Under the pieces are notes generated by a model, which saw nothing but the letters and a program-made list of their open reading frames with translations, did no database searches and was not told the origin of the DNA. From Desulfomicrobium sp. (GTDB lineage: Bacteria > Desulfobacterota > Desulfovibrionia > Desulfovibrionales > Desulfomicrobiaceae), in NCBI GenBank assembly GCA_040768745.1, contig JAXGMI010000003.1:1-64000 (forward strand): DNA of 64,000 nucleotides, read 5' to 3'. Position numbers and translations under genes: made by a program. Of this stretch, positions 28,677 to 39,420 are shown one piece after another (position 1 is the stretch's first letter; every line of letters begins with the position of its first letter).

Positions 28677-29866
28677 CACAGTTCGGTCACGATCCAGGGC
28701 AGGCCGTGGATATTGAGCTGCTCCATGAACGGGTCGGGATCGAGCTGCTCCATGTTGAAAACACCCGCCCCCCGCCACGCGCCGGTCAGCATCAGCATGG
28801 CCCCGATCATGGCCGGCACGCCCGTGGTGTAGGAAATGGCCTGGGAGCCGACCTCGCGGTAGGCCTCCTCGTGGCTGCAGATGTTGTAGATGTAGGTCTT
28901 GCGCCCACGCCCGTCCTTGACGCCCTTCGTGACGCAGCCGATGCAGGTCCGGCCCTTGGTCAGGGGCCCCAGGGATCCGGGCTCGGGCAGCACGGCCTTG
29001 AGGAACTGCAGGGGCACGATCTTCCGGCCCTGGAAGTCCACGGGCTCGATGGAGGTCATGCCCACGTTCTCCAGCACGCGCAGATGGGTCAGGTAGTTGT
29101 CGGAAAAGGTCATCCAGAAGCGGGCCCGCTTCAAACCCCGGATGTTCTGCACCAGGGATTCGAGCTCCTCGTGGTACATGAGATAGCACTTCCTGGGCCC
29201 GATGCCCTCGGGGAAGTCGTAGGTCATGCCCCAGGACAGCGGGTCGGTCTCCACCCACTCTCCCCGCTCCCAGTAGCGGCCGCGCTGGGTGATCTCGCGG
29301 ATGTTGATCTCGGGGTTGAAGTTCGTGGCAAAGGGCTGGCCGTGGTCGCCGGCGTTGCAGTCGATGATGTCCAGCTCATGGATTTCGTCGAACAGGTGCT
29401 TCTGGGCGTAGGCGCAGTACACGTTGGTCACGCCCGGGTCGAAACCGGAGCCCAAGAGGGCCATGAGGCCCTTTTCCCTGAAGCGGTCCTGGTAGGCCCA
29501 CTGCCATTTGTATTCGAACCTGGCCTCGTCCAGGGGTTCGTAGTTGGCCGTGTCCAGGTAGTCCACGCCGGTCTCCAGGCAGGCGTCCATGATGGCCAGA
29601 TCCTGGTAGGGCAGGGCCACGTTGATCACCAGCCTGGGACCGAAGGATTTGATGAGGGCCACGGTCTCGGCCACGTTGTCGGCGTTGAGCGCCGCCGTGC
29701 GGATGGTCCGGCCGGTTTTTGCCAGCACTGAGGCGGCGATGGCCTCGCACTTGGACGCGGTCCGGCTGGCCAGCATGATCTCGCTGAAGACCTCGAGCAC
29801 CTGGGCGCATTTGTGGGCCACCACATGGCCGACGCCGCCGGCGCCGATGATGAGCACTCTGGACAT
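28676..29866 (-). CDS. Carboxynorspermidine dehydrogenase (saccharopine dehydrogenase family)
   Basis: IIGAGGVG, NVALPYQD, YLDTANYE, GFDPGVTN, FATNFNPEINIREI; stop overlaps the nspC start. Confidence 0.92.
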   Translation of the reverse strand: MSRVLIIGAGGVGHVVAHKCAQVLEVFSEIMLASRTASKCEAIAASVLAKTGRTIRTAALNADNVAETVALIKSFGPRLVINVALPYQDLAIMDACLETGVDYLDTANYEPLDEARFEYKWQWAYQDRFREKGLMALLGSGFDPGVTNVYCAYAQKHLFDEIHELDIIDCNAGDHGQPFATNFNPEINIREITQRGRYWERGEWVETDPLSWGMTYDFPEGIGPRKCYLMYHEELESLVQNIRGLKRARFWMTFSDNYLTHLRVLENVGMTSIEPVDFQGRKIVPLQFLKAVLPEPGSLGPLTKGRTCIGCVTKGVKDGRGRKTYIYNICSHEEAYREVGSQAISYTTGVPAMIGAMLMLTGAWRGAGVFNMEQLDPDPFMEQLNIHGLPWIVTEL

Positions 29867-29895
29867 GGCGATCCTCCTCACGCAAACGGGGTTGA

Positions 29896-31863
29896 TTACG
29901 AGCCGGGCAGGGATCCGCCGGCACACGCCTCGGGATTGTCGCAATCCCGGCCCACGTTCAGATAGGTGTAGCCCCGCATCCCCCGCTCGTAGGCGCGCAT
30001 GATCATGAACCGTTCCTGGGGGCTGATCTTGCCTTCGCGCACGCCCAGCTCCGCCACCTTGCGGAAGTTCTCCAGCACCTGCTTGGGCTCGAATTCCACG
30101 TACGAGAGCACATCGGCCACGCTGTCCCCTTCCAGCTCCCGGATGAGGTCGTAGGTACCGTCCTCGTTGATGCGCACACTGACCACGTTGGTGTCCCCGA
30201 ACAGGTTGTGCAGGTCCCCCAGGGTCTCCTGGTAGGCCCCGACCAGAAACGCGCCTAGGTAGTACGGCTCGCAGTGATTGAGGGTGTGCAGCTCCAGCAC
30301 GCGCTTCACACCGTGGATGTCGATGAAGTTGTCCAGTTTTCCGTCGCTGTCGCAGGTGATGTCGGCCAGGATGGCCTGCTCCGTGGGCATCTCGTCCAGC
30401 CGGTGCAAGGGCATGATGGGGAAGAGGTGGCTGATGGCCCAGGCGTCAGGCAGGGACTGGAACACGCTCATGTTGCAGTAGTAGATGCTGGCCAGGGCCA
30501 AGTCCACGTCCCTGAGGGCCGAGGGCGGGTTCTTCATCTCGGGCAGCTTTTCGGCGATGCTGCGGATCACGGCCCAGAAAATGGTGTCGCTCACGGCCCG
30601 CTGACGCAGACTGCACTGGCCCAGACGGAAGAGCTGGCGGATCTGGTCCCGGTAGTAGATGGCGTCGTTGTAGCACTCCTGCATGTTCTTGAGGGACAGG
30701 GAGTTGTAGACGTCCAGCAGGTTGTGCACGGCCTCGGGGTCGTCCTCGTCCAGGGCTTTGGGCACGGCCCGGTTTTCCAGACGGCTGACGTCCATGACGT
30801 TGAAGAGCAGGACCGAGTAGTAGGCCACCGTGGCCCGGCCGGACTCGGTGATGATATGGGGGTGGGGCAGGTCGTGCTCGTCCACCGTGGCCATGACGGA
30901 CTCGACAATGTCGGTGCAGTACTCCTCCAGGGTGTAGTTGCGGCTGCTGGCAAAATTGGTATGGGACCCGTCATAGTCCACGGCCAGCCCGCCGCCCAGG
31001 TCCAGAAAGCCCATGGCGCAGCCTTCCTTGGCCAGTTCGGCGTACATGCGCGCGGCCTCGTGCACCGCGGTGCGGATGTCGCGGATGTTGGGGATCTGGG
31101 AACCGAGGTGGAAATGTAGGAGCTGCACGCAGTCGAGCATGGACTGGGAGCGCATCAGGTCGATGACGTCCACCACCTCCGACGTGGACAGGCCGAAGAT
31201 GGACAGGTCCCCGGCCGATTCAGCCCAGTGCCCGCCGGCCTGGGTGGAGACCTTGATGCGCACGCCGATGCGCGGCTTGATGTTCAGGACCCGAGACCGC
31301 TCCAGGATGAGCGGCAGCTCGCTGGGCATTTCCAGGACCAGAAAAGACAGGAAGCCCATTTTGCAGGCGTAGAGCGCCAGATCGATGTAGTCCTGGTCCT
31401 TGTAGCCGTTGCAGACCAGGCAGGCCTTGGGATTGCGCAGAAAGGACAGGGCTGCGATGAGCTCGGCCTTGCTGCCCACTTCGAACCCGTGGTTGAAGGG
31501 CCCGCCGACCTTGGCGATCTCCTCCAGGACCTGCTGCTGCTGGTTGACCTTGACCGGATACACGCCCCGGAATTCACCCTGGTATTGCAGCTCGTTGATG
31601 GACTTGGCAAAGGATGCGTGCAGGAGCGAAATCTGGGCATCGAGCAGGTTTTCGATGCGCAGGAGCACGGGCAGGCCCAGGCCGCGTTCCTGCAGCCCGC
31701 TGATGATGGACTGGATGGGCACGCAGATTTCCTTGTCCGGGAACGGGGTGATGCCCAGCTTGCCTTCGGGCGTGACCTTGAAATAGCCCCCGCCCCAGTT
31801 GTCCACGCCGTAGAGCTCCACAGAACGGTCCACGGTCCATTTTTCAAGATTTCGAGAGCGCAT
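29896..31863 (-). CDS. speA: Biosynthetic arginine decarboxylase
   Basis: VYPVKVNQ, EVGSKAEL, LHFHLGSQI, DLGGGLAVDYDG, DITCDSDG, GAYQETLGDLHNLFG. Confidence 0.95.
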   Translation of the reverse strand: MRSRNLEKWTVDRSVELYGVDNWGGGYFKVTPEGKLGITPFPDKEICVPIQSIISGLQERGLGLPVLLRIENLLDAQISLLHASFAKSINELQYQGEFRGVYPVKVNQQQQVLEEIAKVGGPFNHGFEVGSKAELIAALSFLRNPKACLVCNGYKDQDYIDLALYACKMGFLSFLVLEMPSELPLILERSRVLNIKPRIGVRIKVSTQAGGHWAESAGDLSIFGLSTSEVVDVIDLMRSQSMLDCVQLLHFHLGSQIPNIRDIRTAVHEAARMYAELAKEGCAMGFLDLGGGLAVDYDGSHTNFASSRNYTLEEYCTDIVESVMATVDEHDLPHPHIITESGRATVAYYSVLLFNVMDVSRLENRAVPKALDEDDPEAVHNLLDVYNSLSLKNMQECYNDAIYYRDQIRQLFRLGQCSLRQRAVSDTIFWAVIRSIAEKLPEMKNPPSALRDVDLALASIYYCNMSVFQSLPDAWAISHLFPIMPLHRLDEMPTEQAILADITCDSDGKLDNFIDIHGVKRVLELHTLNHCEPYYLGAFLVGAYQETLGDLHNLFGDTNVVSVRINEDGTYDLIRELEGDSVADVLSYVEFEPKQVLENFRKVAELGVREGKISPQERFMIMRAYERGMRGYTYLNVGRDCDNPEACAGGSLPGS

Positions 31864-32079
31864 CCAGATCCTCCTCCGTCACGGGCATGCAGTGCGGTCC
31901 GCTCCAATACAGCGGGCCAGCGCCCCCTCTAATCAGGGGGGGGCACAGCGTCAACAAAACTTGTACCGTGGCCGGCGCGGGCCGGGGAATGACCTGTGGC
32001 ACGGGTCGTGAAATTCTTCTTGGCCTTGTGGACTGCCCTGGGCTATCAGCCTTGTGCCCCTTGACCAGCCGGAGTGCCC

Positions 32080-32640
32080 ATGTCCCTTCCCGAAATCCTG
32101 CTCATTGCCATCGCACTGGCCATGGACGCCTTTGCCGTGGCCGTGGCCTCGGGGGTGGCGCTGAAAATCGTCACCGCCCGCCAGACGTTCCGCCTGTCCT
32201 GGCATTTCGGCTTGTTCCAGGCCCTCATGCCGATCCTGGGATGGTTCGGAGGCTTTGCCGTGCGCGAGTATTTCCTGCGCTTCGGACACTGGATCGCCTT
32301 TGGCCTGCTCCTGTATATCGGAGGACACATGCTCTGGGAAGGCCTGCACCACGACGAGGAGGACGTCTGCCAGGACCCGACCCAGGGCTCGCGCCTCATT
32401 ATGCTTTCCGTGGCCACCAGCATCGACGCCCTGGCCGTGGGCTTCACCCTGGCCATGCTGGACATCTCCGTCTGGACCCCCGCCGCAATCATCGGGACGG
32501 TGGCCTTTGCTTTCACCGCTGCCGGGCTTCACCTGGGCAAGACCGTCGGCTGCCGCACCCGTCTCGGACAGCGCGCCGAGGTCCTCGGCGGGGGGGTGCT
32601 TCTGGCCATCGGGACCAAGATCCTGTGGCAGGCGCTGTGA
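32080..32640 (+). CDS. mntP: Manganese efflux pump MntP
   Basis: AIALAMDAFAVA, FGLFQALMP, VATSIDALAVG. Confidence 0.92.
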   Translation: MSLPEILLIAIALAMDAFAVAVASGVALKIVTARQTFRLSWHFGLFQALMPILGWFGGFAVREYFLRFGHWIAFGLLLYIGGHMLWEGLHHDEEDVCQDPTQGSRLIMLSVATSIDALAVGFTLAMLDISVWTPAAIIGTVAFAFTAAGLHLGKTVGCRTRLGQRAEVLGGGVLLAIGTKILWQAL

Positions 32641-32874
32641 GGTCCGAATTGTTCCCGCTTTCCCCATGGCGGTTGCGCAGGAAGCCCCGAGGCGGAGCCG
32701 GCCACCCCTGACCTCCCAAGGCGCGCGGATCCGCGCACCGCATCCTCCCCGTATCCCCATGGCCCCGGGCCTGATGCCTTTGACCGATGTCCATGTTGGA
32801 TCTAGGCAAACAGGGCCCTCTGGCATATCATTTTATATTTTCCCAACCATCAGTCCCAGACCAGGGAGGCCCCC

Positions 32875-34818
32875 ATGTTTGGCTGGACCGGAAGGATTCT
32901 CGACATCGATTTGTCATCGGGCGCGATTCGCGAGCAAAGCCTTTCCCTGGACCTGGCTCGGGCCTTTCTGGGTGGACGCGGCCTGAATTCCAAGGTCCTT
33001 TTCGACCGCATCCCCCCCGGACTCGATCCCCTCTCCCCCGACAACGTCTACTGCATCGCGCCCGGCCCCCTGTCCGGCACGGCCCTGGGCATGACCAGCC
33101 GGGTGGAGGTCTCCACCCTTTCGCCCTATTCGGGCATCCTGGGAGACGGCAATGCGGGCGAGCGCTTCGCCTCGGTCATGAAGCACGCCCGGGCCGACCA
33201 GATCATCATCACTGGGCGGGCCAAGGCCCCCTGCTACCTGCTGGTCACGCCGGAATCGGCGCAACTCCTCGACGCCCTCGACCTCTGGGGTAAGGGTACC
33301 TGGGAGACGACAGACGCGCTGGTGGCCCGGCACGGTTCCAGGGCCTCGGTGGCTTGCATCGGGCAGGCCGGGGAGAACCTGGTCCGCTTCGCCTCCACCA
33401 TCGTAGACAGGTATGCCTCGGCCGCGCGGGGCAGCGGGGCGGTGCTGGGCTCCAAGAACCTCAAGGCCATCGTGGTGGCGGGTGACCACCGGGTGGGCCT
33501 GGCCGACCCCGAGGCCTTCCTGGAACTGGCCAAGCTTGACCGGGAATACTTCGCCAAAGACGACTTCCAGCGCAACGTGGCCAGCCGATACGGCTCGCAC
33601 CACGGCGTGACCAACTGGCGGCCTGGATTCCGCAACTACTTAAAATATCTGGAACCCGACCAGATTCCGCCCCAGCTTCGGCCCGAGGCCTGGAAGCGGT
33701 TCGAGACCGGCCGAACGGGCTGCGGCAACTGCCCCGTACGCTGCAAGAACGTCTACGAGATCCCCTCCGGCACGAGGCAGGGCGAGCACGGCGAAGCCCT
33801 GGAGTACGAGTCCATCTTCTGCATGGGCACCAATTGCGGCGTGACGGACCCCGTGGCCATCATGGAGATGAGCAACCTGGGCGACATCTACGGCATGGAC
33901 GTCATTCCCCTGGGCAACGCCATGGCCCTGGCCAAGGACCTGTATGCCCGCGGCCTCCTGACCCGGGAGCAGACCGGGGGCCTCGATCTGTCCTGGGAAA
34001 ACGCGGCCGACCAGGTCGAACTCGTCCACCGCACGGCCCTGCGCCAAGGGTTCGGCAACATTCTGGCCGAGGGCATGCTGTCCTTGGCCAAAATTCTGGG
34101 CGGCAGGGCCATGGACTATTGCTACCACGTCAAGGGGTTGAGCCGCGGCCCCTACCCGGCCGGCCTCTTCGCCCTGGCCCACGCCACCTCCACCCGCGGG
34201 GCCGACCATCTGCGCGGCCGCAGCTGGGCCTACGGCGAGAACGATCCGGACCTCTTCCCCAGGCTGCAGGCCTCGGGCGCCCTGCGGGCGGACATGGACG
34301 ATCCGGTGCAGGCCATCATCCTGTCCGAGAGGGTCTGCACCCTGGCTGACAGCGTGGGCCGCTGCAAGGGGGCCGTCAACTCCTGGGCCAACGCCGTACC
34401 CCTGGCCTGGAAGGAGCCCCTCCTGGGCGGGCTGGCCCGCCTGCTGACGGCGGCCACCGGCGAGCCCTTCGACGAGGAGGGCCTCCTCCGCGCCGCGGAC
34501 CGCATCTACACCCTGGAAAAGGCCTTCAACGCCCGCCGGGGCATCACCAGCGTCCACGACTCCATCCCCCTGCACCCCGATCACTTCAGCCCCGAGGACA
34601 TGGAGCGCGAACGCGCCAGGCACCGCGACCTGCTCCAGCGCTACTACGCCCTGCAGGGCCAGGACCCGGCCACCGGCGTCCCCACCCGGGAGCGCATGGA
34701 CGAACTGGGTCTGGCGGACGAGGGCAGACGCCTGCACGACGACGGCCCCTACAGTCCGTGGACGGGCCCGGCGCTGTGGCCCCTGCACAGATATCCGCAC
34801 GGAGGCTCCCGGGCCTAG
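32875..34818 (+). CDS. aor: Aldehyde:ferredoxin oxidoreductase (W-dependent AOR family)
   Basis: GWTGRILDIDL, FLGGRGL, IGQAGENLVRFA, GSKNLKAI, CGNCPVRC, EYE, DIYGMD, TRGADHL. Confidence 0.9.
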   Translation: MFGWTGRILDIDLSSGAIREQSLSLDLARAFLGGRGLNSKVLFDRIPPGLDPLSPDNVYCIAPGPLSGTALGMTSRVEVSTLSPYSGILGDGNAGERFASVMKHARADQIIITGRAKAPCYLLVTPESAQLLDALDLWGKGTWETTDALVARHGSRASVACIGQAGENLVRFASTIVDRYASAARGSGAVLGSKNLKAIVVAGDHRVGLADPEAFLELAKLDREYFAKDDFQRNVASRYGSHHGVTNWRPGFRNYLKYLEPDQIPPQLRPEAWKRFETGRTGCGNCPVRCKNVYEIPSGTRQGEHGEALEYESIFCMGTNCGVTDPVAIMEMSNLGDIYGMDVIPLGNAMALAKDLYARGLLTREQTGGLDLSWENAADQVELVHRTALRQGFGNILAEGMLSLAKILGGRAMDYCYHVKGLSRGPYPAGLFALAHATSTRGADHLRGRSWAYGENDPDLFPRLQASGALRADMDDPVQAIILSERVCTLADSVGRCKGAVNSWANAVPLAWKEPLLGGLARLLTAATGEPFDEEGLLRAADRIYTLEKAFNARRGITSVHDSIPLHPDHFSPEDMERERARHRDLLQRYYALQGQDPATGVPTRERMDELGLADEGRRLHDDGPYSPWTGPALWPLHRYPHGGSRA

Positions 34819-35015
34819 CATCCCCGGACCGATGCTGACCAGAACCTCGACGTGGGGGCAATCCAAGAGTGTCTGTTCAACCAGTCCTGCCGCATGGGTC
34901 TGGAAATCCTCCCAGGACAAAGAACCCGCGTACTCCACGTCTGGACGAACGGCCCCCCTTCAACGTATCAGGATGCAGTCCTTCGACCACCTCAAGCCAG
35001 ATGATCAGGATAGCC

Positions 35016-38000
35016 ATGCACCCCCTGCTCCTACGCCAAATCGAACAGGCCCTGCTGGATCTGAGCGCATGCCCCGCTGCGGTGGCGGCCGTGCTCCAGC
35101 TCGTCAGCGAGACCTACCAGGCATTCGATGACGAAAAAACTGTGTGCAGGGAGATGGAGCGACTGGACCACATCATCGAATTCCTGCCCGATGCCATCTT
35201 CGCGGTGGACAATGAGCACCGGGTCATCGCCTGGAACAAGGCCATGGCAGTCATGACCGGCGTACCCAAGCAGGAAATCCTGGGCACGGGGGGCTTCGAA
35301 TACGCCATCCCCTTCTACGGCCACCCCCGCCCCGTTCTGCTGGATTTCATCGCCAAGGATCCCAGTCAGAGCTACCCCATGTACAGTCCGGAGCAGACTC
35401 AGAACCAGACCCGGGCCACGGAGGTGTTCGTCCCGGCCTTGCACGGAGGGCGGGGGGCTTTTGTGTGGACCAAGGCCAGCCCCCTGTATGACCGGCAGGG
35501 CAGGATCGCCGGGGCCATCCAGAGCATCCGGGACATCACGGAAAAAAAGCGGTCCGAAATCACCACCAGGGTACTCTACCTCGTCTCCACGGCGGCCAGC
35601 ACCCCCATGGACAACGCGGAACTCTTCTCGCAGGTGAACGACCTCCTGGTCTGGCACCTGGATATCCAGATCCTGCACATCGCCCTGCCTGACTTCGAAA
35701 TCGACACCTACACCTTCTCCTGCCTTGACCAGGATTCCTGTGCCAGCGCCGAAATTCTCACCCGTCTCGCGGACCTGGCGGCCAAGGTCCAGCAGACCAT
35801 GCAGCCCACCATCTTCACGGAACGGCCCAACCTGACCGAAACGGGCTATCTTGGACAGACGGTCTGGTTCGCCTCCCCCCTCAAGTACGGAAGCCGGATC
35901 CTGGGCTCCGTGGTCATCGTGCTGCCGGAAGACAATCTGCATTTCAGCACCAGGGACGCACCCATCCTTGCTTCAGTGGCCGACCACCTGGCCCTGGCCA
36001 TTTCCCGCAATGCCACGGAACAGGCCCTGCGCAGAAGCGAGGAGAAGCACCGCCTGATCTTTGAAAACGCGACCGAGGGCATTTTCCAGGCGTCCCTGGA
36101 TCACGACCTCCTGAACGCCAATCCCGCCCTGGCCCGCATCCTCGGATATCCGGATGTGGAAAGCCTCATGCGGCACCGGAAGGGATTTCTCAGGCACCTG
36201 CTGTCCGACAAGGATCGGCTCACCCTGATGGACCAGGTCCTCAACCAGGGCCGGATCGACAATTTCGAGACCTCCATGAGTGAGGGAAACAAGACCCGGG
36301 GATGGCTGTCCATCAACATGCGAACCGTGCAGCACCCGGATGGGTCCATCGCCTATCTCGAAGGATCCATGCGCAACGTCTCCCAACGCAAGGAGGCGGA
36401 ACAGAAACTGGCGGTCCAGAAAAGCCTTTTCCAGCAACTCTTCGACAACTCGCCCCAGGGCATTCTTCTGCTCGGGGCGGACGGGGCCCCGCAGAACCTG
36501 AATCTGAGCTTCACGGCCATGTTCGGGTTCACCCGGGACGACGTGGACTCCCTCTTCGAGGTCCTCCTGCCCCCTGACAGCCTGGAGGAAAACTACTCCT
36601 TCCTGGCAAAGGTCCTGCAAGGCACCGCCCAGAGCCAGGAAACCCTCCGCCGCCACAAGGACGGACATGTCATTCCCGTGTCCATGCTCGGCTACCCCTA
36701 CCTGCTGGACGGCAAAATAGCCGGGGCCTTCTTCATCTTCAGCGACATTTCGGAGCGCAAGGACTATGAGAACAGACTGACCACCCAGGCCCTGCGCGAC
36801 AACCTGACCGGCTTGCCCAACCGGGTCCTGTTCATGGATCGCCTGAACCGGGCCATGGAGCGTCAGAAACGCAACCCAGGGTACCGCTTCGCCGTGCTCA
36901 TGATCGATTTGGACAGCTTCAAGCGGGTCAACGACACCCTTGGCCACCAGGCCGGGGACTCGCTCCTCAAGGAAGTCGCCAACCGCCTGACCAGGGGGCT
37001 GCGCGCCATTGACACCGTGGCCCGCATGGGCGGGGACGAATTCGCCATCATCCTGGAGGACTTCCACACCAACCGCCAGGCCATCGACATCGCGCACCGT
37101 CTCCTGAACGACGTCCGCCAGCCCATGCAGATCCAGGACCGGGAGATCCAGGTCAGCGCCTCCATCGGCATAGTGCTGCGCACTTCCCATTACCAGAGTC
37201 CAGACGAAATGATCCGCGATGCGGACATCTGCATGTACCGCTCCAAGGAGATGGGCAAAAACCAGTTCAAGATCTTCAGCAAGAGCATGTACGAAAAGGT
37301 GCTGCAGGCCGTGGAGATGGAGAACGACCTCCGCCGGGCCCTGGTCAACGAGGAATTCGAGCTCTTCTTCCAGCCCATCTTCACGGTCTCCACCGGCCAT
37401 CTGCGGGGGTTCGAGGCATTGGTGCGCTGGAATCACCCGCGCCATGGCCTGCTCACCCCGGGGTCCTTCATCCCCCTGGCCGAGGAGGCCGGGCTGGTCT
37501 CGGACATCGGCAAATGGGTTCTCTCCCAGGGATGCCGAACCCTGGTTCGATGGCAGGCCATGGAGGCCGAACAGATGCCCTACCTGTCCCTCAATCTTTC
37601 GCCCAAGGATTTCCTGCAGCCCAACCTCGCCAGCGACATCGCCGCCCTGCTCCAGCAGACGCGGCTGGATCCCAGCCACCTCAAGCTGGAGATCACGGAA
37701 ACCGCGGTCATGGACAATCCCGAGCAGACCACCTCCAAACTGGAAAAACTGCAGAAGCTGGGGGTGCAGATCGCCATGGATGATTTCGGCACTGGCTACT
37801 CCTCCCTGTCCTATCTGCAGCGCCTGCCCATCGACATCCTGAAGATCGACCGGTCCTTTGTGCAGACCATGCTGGAAAACCCGAGCAACCTGGAGATCAT
37901 CAAGGCCATCATCGGGCTGGGCAAAATCCTGGACCTGCGCATCGTGGCCGAAGGCGTGGAAACCCAGGACCAACTCCAGATCCTGCAGGATCTGGGATGC

Positions 38001-38087
38001 GACCTGGCCCAGGGGTATCTGCTGGGAAGACCCATGCCCCTGGAATCGGCCGAGGAATTGCTGGCCAAAAATCCGGCCCGGCAATGA
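35016..38087 (+). CDS. PAS/GAF-GGDEF-EAL c-di-GMP signalling protein
   Basis: Multiple PAS/PAC segments, GAF, DNLTGLPNR, RAID I-site 5 aa before GGDEF, FEALVRW, DDFGTGYSSL. Confidence 0.92.
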   Translation: MHPLLLRQIEQALLDLSACPAAVAAVLQLVSETYQAFDDEKTVCREMERLDHIIEFLPDAIFAVDNEHRVIAWNKAMAVMTGVPKQEILGTGGFEYAIPFYGHPRPVLLDFIAKDPSQSYPMYSPEQTQNQTRATEVFVPALHGGRGAFVWTKASPLYDRQGRIAGAIQSIRDITEKKRSEITTRVLYLVSTAASTPMDNAELFSQVNDLLVWHLDIQILHIALPDFEIDTYTFSCLDQDSCASAEILTRLADLAAKVQQTMQPTIFTERPNLTETGYLGQTVWFASPLKYGSRILGSVVIVLPEDNLHFSTRDAPILASVADHLALAISRNATEQALRRSEEKHRLIFENATEGIFQASLDHDLLNANPALARILGYPDVESLMRHRKGFLRHLLSDKDRLTLMDQVLNQGRIDNFETSMSEGNKTRGWLSINMRTVQHPDGSIAYLEGSMRNVSQRKEAEQKLAVQKSLFQQLFDNSPQGILLLGADGAPQNLNLSFTAMFGFTRDDVDSLFEVLLPPDSLEENYSFLAKVLQGTAQSQETLRRHKDGHVIPVSMLGYPYLLDGKIAGAFFIFSDISERKDYENRLTTQALRDNLTGLPNRVLFMDRLNRAMERQKRNPGYRFAVLMIDLDSFKRVNDTLGHQAGDSLLKEVANRLTRGLRAIDTVARMGGDEFAIILEDFHTNRQAIDIAHRLLNDVRQPMQIQDREIQVSASIGIVLRTSHYQSPDEMIRDADICMYRSKEMGKNQFKIFSKSMYEKVLQAVEMENDLRRALVNEEFELFFQPIFTVSTGHLRGFEALVRWNHPRHGLLTPGSFIPLAEEAGLVSDIGKWVLSQGCRTLVRWQAMEAEQMPYLSLNLSPKDFLQPNLASDIAALLQQTRLDPSHLKLEITETAVMDNPEQTTSKLEKLQKLGVQIAMDDFGTGYSSLSYLQRLPIDILKIDRSFVQTMLENPSNLEIIKAIIGLGKILDLRIVAEGVETQDQLQILQDLGCDLAQGYLLGRPMPLESAEELLAKNPARQ

Positions 38088-38091
38088 AACC

Positions 38092-38847
38092 ATGAACCCG
38101 CGCCATCAGCCACGTGCCGTCCACGACTCCCCGTTCAGGTCCTATCGTGCTGCACAGCAGCCCGACCTGATCTCTTTCCAGATCGTCATCGAACAGACCG
38201 ATCTCTGGGTCGCGGCCCGCAGGGATCTGTCCGTTCTCGTGGCCGACGAGGTCCGCCTGCTGCGCGCCCAGATTCAAGCCTATGCAACCATTCACCCCGA
38301 ATTCATCCCGGCCCTCAGTCCCCTGACGGCCGATCCCCGCGCACCCGAAGTCATCCAGCGCATGTGCCGGGCCGCCCAGCTGACGGGAGTGGGCCCCATG
38401 GCCGCGGTGGCCGGAACCATCGCCCAGCTGGTGGCGGAGAAATTCCAAAACCAGTCGCCCGACATCCTGGTCGAAAACGGTGGGGATACCTATCTCTGTT
38501 CCACCCGTGACCGGCATATCGGCATCCTGAGCGTGCCCGGGGAAGGCCTGCGCCTGTGCGTGCCCGTGCAGGCCAGGGAATTTCCCTGTTCGTTCTGCGC
38601 CTCTTCGGCCAAAATCGGCCATTCGCTCAGTTTCGGAAACGCCGACCTGGTGGTCACCCGGTCCCGCGACGCGGCCCTGGCCGATGCCGCAGCCACGGCC
38701 CTGGCCAATCTGCTTAAAAATGCCGCGGCCATGGACAGGGTTCTGGCCCTGGCTCAGCAATGGGAAGCAACGGGACTGGACGGTGTTTTCGCCCAGTGTG
38801 AAGGCAGGGTCGGGGTCTGGGGCAGGATGCAGCTGGATGTACTGTAG
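38092..38847 (+). CDS. UPF0280/ApbE-like protein
   Basis: GVGPMAAVAG, VENGGD, IGHSLSFGNAD, ADAAATALAN. Confidence 0.85.
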   Translation: MNPRHQPRAVHDSPFRSYRAAQQPDLISFQIVIEQTDLWVAARRDLSVLVADEVRLLRAQIQAYATIHPEFIPALSPLTADPRAPEVIQRMCRAAQLTGVGPMAAVAGTIAQLVAEKFQNQSPDILVENGGDTYLCSTRDRHIGILSVPGEGLRLCVPVQAREFPCSFCASSAKIGHSLSFGNADLVVTRSRDAALADAAATALANLLKNAAAMDRVLALAQQWEATGLDGVFAQCEGRVGVWGRMQLDVL

Positions 38848-38914
38848 GGACTGGGCTCCGGCTCCCTGCTGGACAATGCCGGATACCCCGTTGTACGGCG
38901 CGGATTCATGGAAT

Positions 38915-38948
38915 AAAAACGCCCCGCTTTTTCTCAAAGCGGGGCGTT
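38915..38948 (-). terminator. Intrinsic terminator (probably bidirectional)
   Basis: AACGCCCCGCTTT-ttctc-AAAGCGGGGCGTT hairpin with a U-tract on the minus strand. Confidence 0.8.
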
Positions 38949-39190
38949 GCATTTCATCTCACAATTTTTTTGTTCTGTGTCAGTTCACTATTCTTGTTTG
39001 TAGTTTGAAATTCTTCCTGACCAAAATCAGCGCTTGTTGACGGTCACACCGTCTGGTTTGCCAGGGCGAGACTATATATTCTTCACCTCACTGGCCTTGG
39101 TGGAAGCGCTACTTTCGTCCACTCCACTTGCCGTTTGATGAGTCCAATGGTCTTCCCTCCGTTGAGGTTTGTCCAACTGAATTCAGGCTT
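38915..39190 (-). ncRNA. Candidate small RNA, family unknown
   Basis: Minus-strand TGGACA-N17-TATAGG (39226-39198) upstream, terminator downstream, no credible ORF, lower GC, several GGA motifs. Confidence 0.3.
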
Positions 39191-39420
39191 CAATTTCCCT
39201 ATAGGCCCGAAACAAACCCTTGTCCAGAGGTAAAATACAAATTGGCACAAACACATCCTCCGATTATCCCCCAGAATAATAATCATGCGTTAATTCCGAT
39301 ATGATACAAAAAAAACATGGCCTCGCCGCAGGGATGGATCAAAAAGCACCCCCTTGTTGGGGCAGTCCAGCTGGGCCGCATGTTCTTTGCCTTTGCCCCA
39401 TCCTTTGCTAGACAGGCTCC

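Noticed and set aside
31870..32079. yybP-ykoY Mn riboswitch upstream of mntP
   Set aside because: Consensus elements were not convincingly identified by eye; needs an Infernal scan
34820..35015. N-terminal extension of the GGDEF/EAL ORF from 34869, or a moaD-like gene after aor
   Set aside because: The ATG at 35016 has a better RBS; no MoaD-like ORF ending in GG is present
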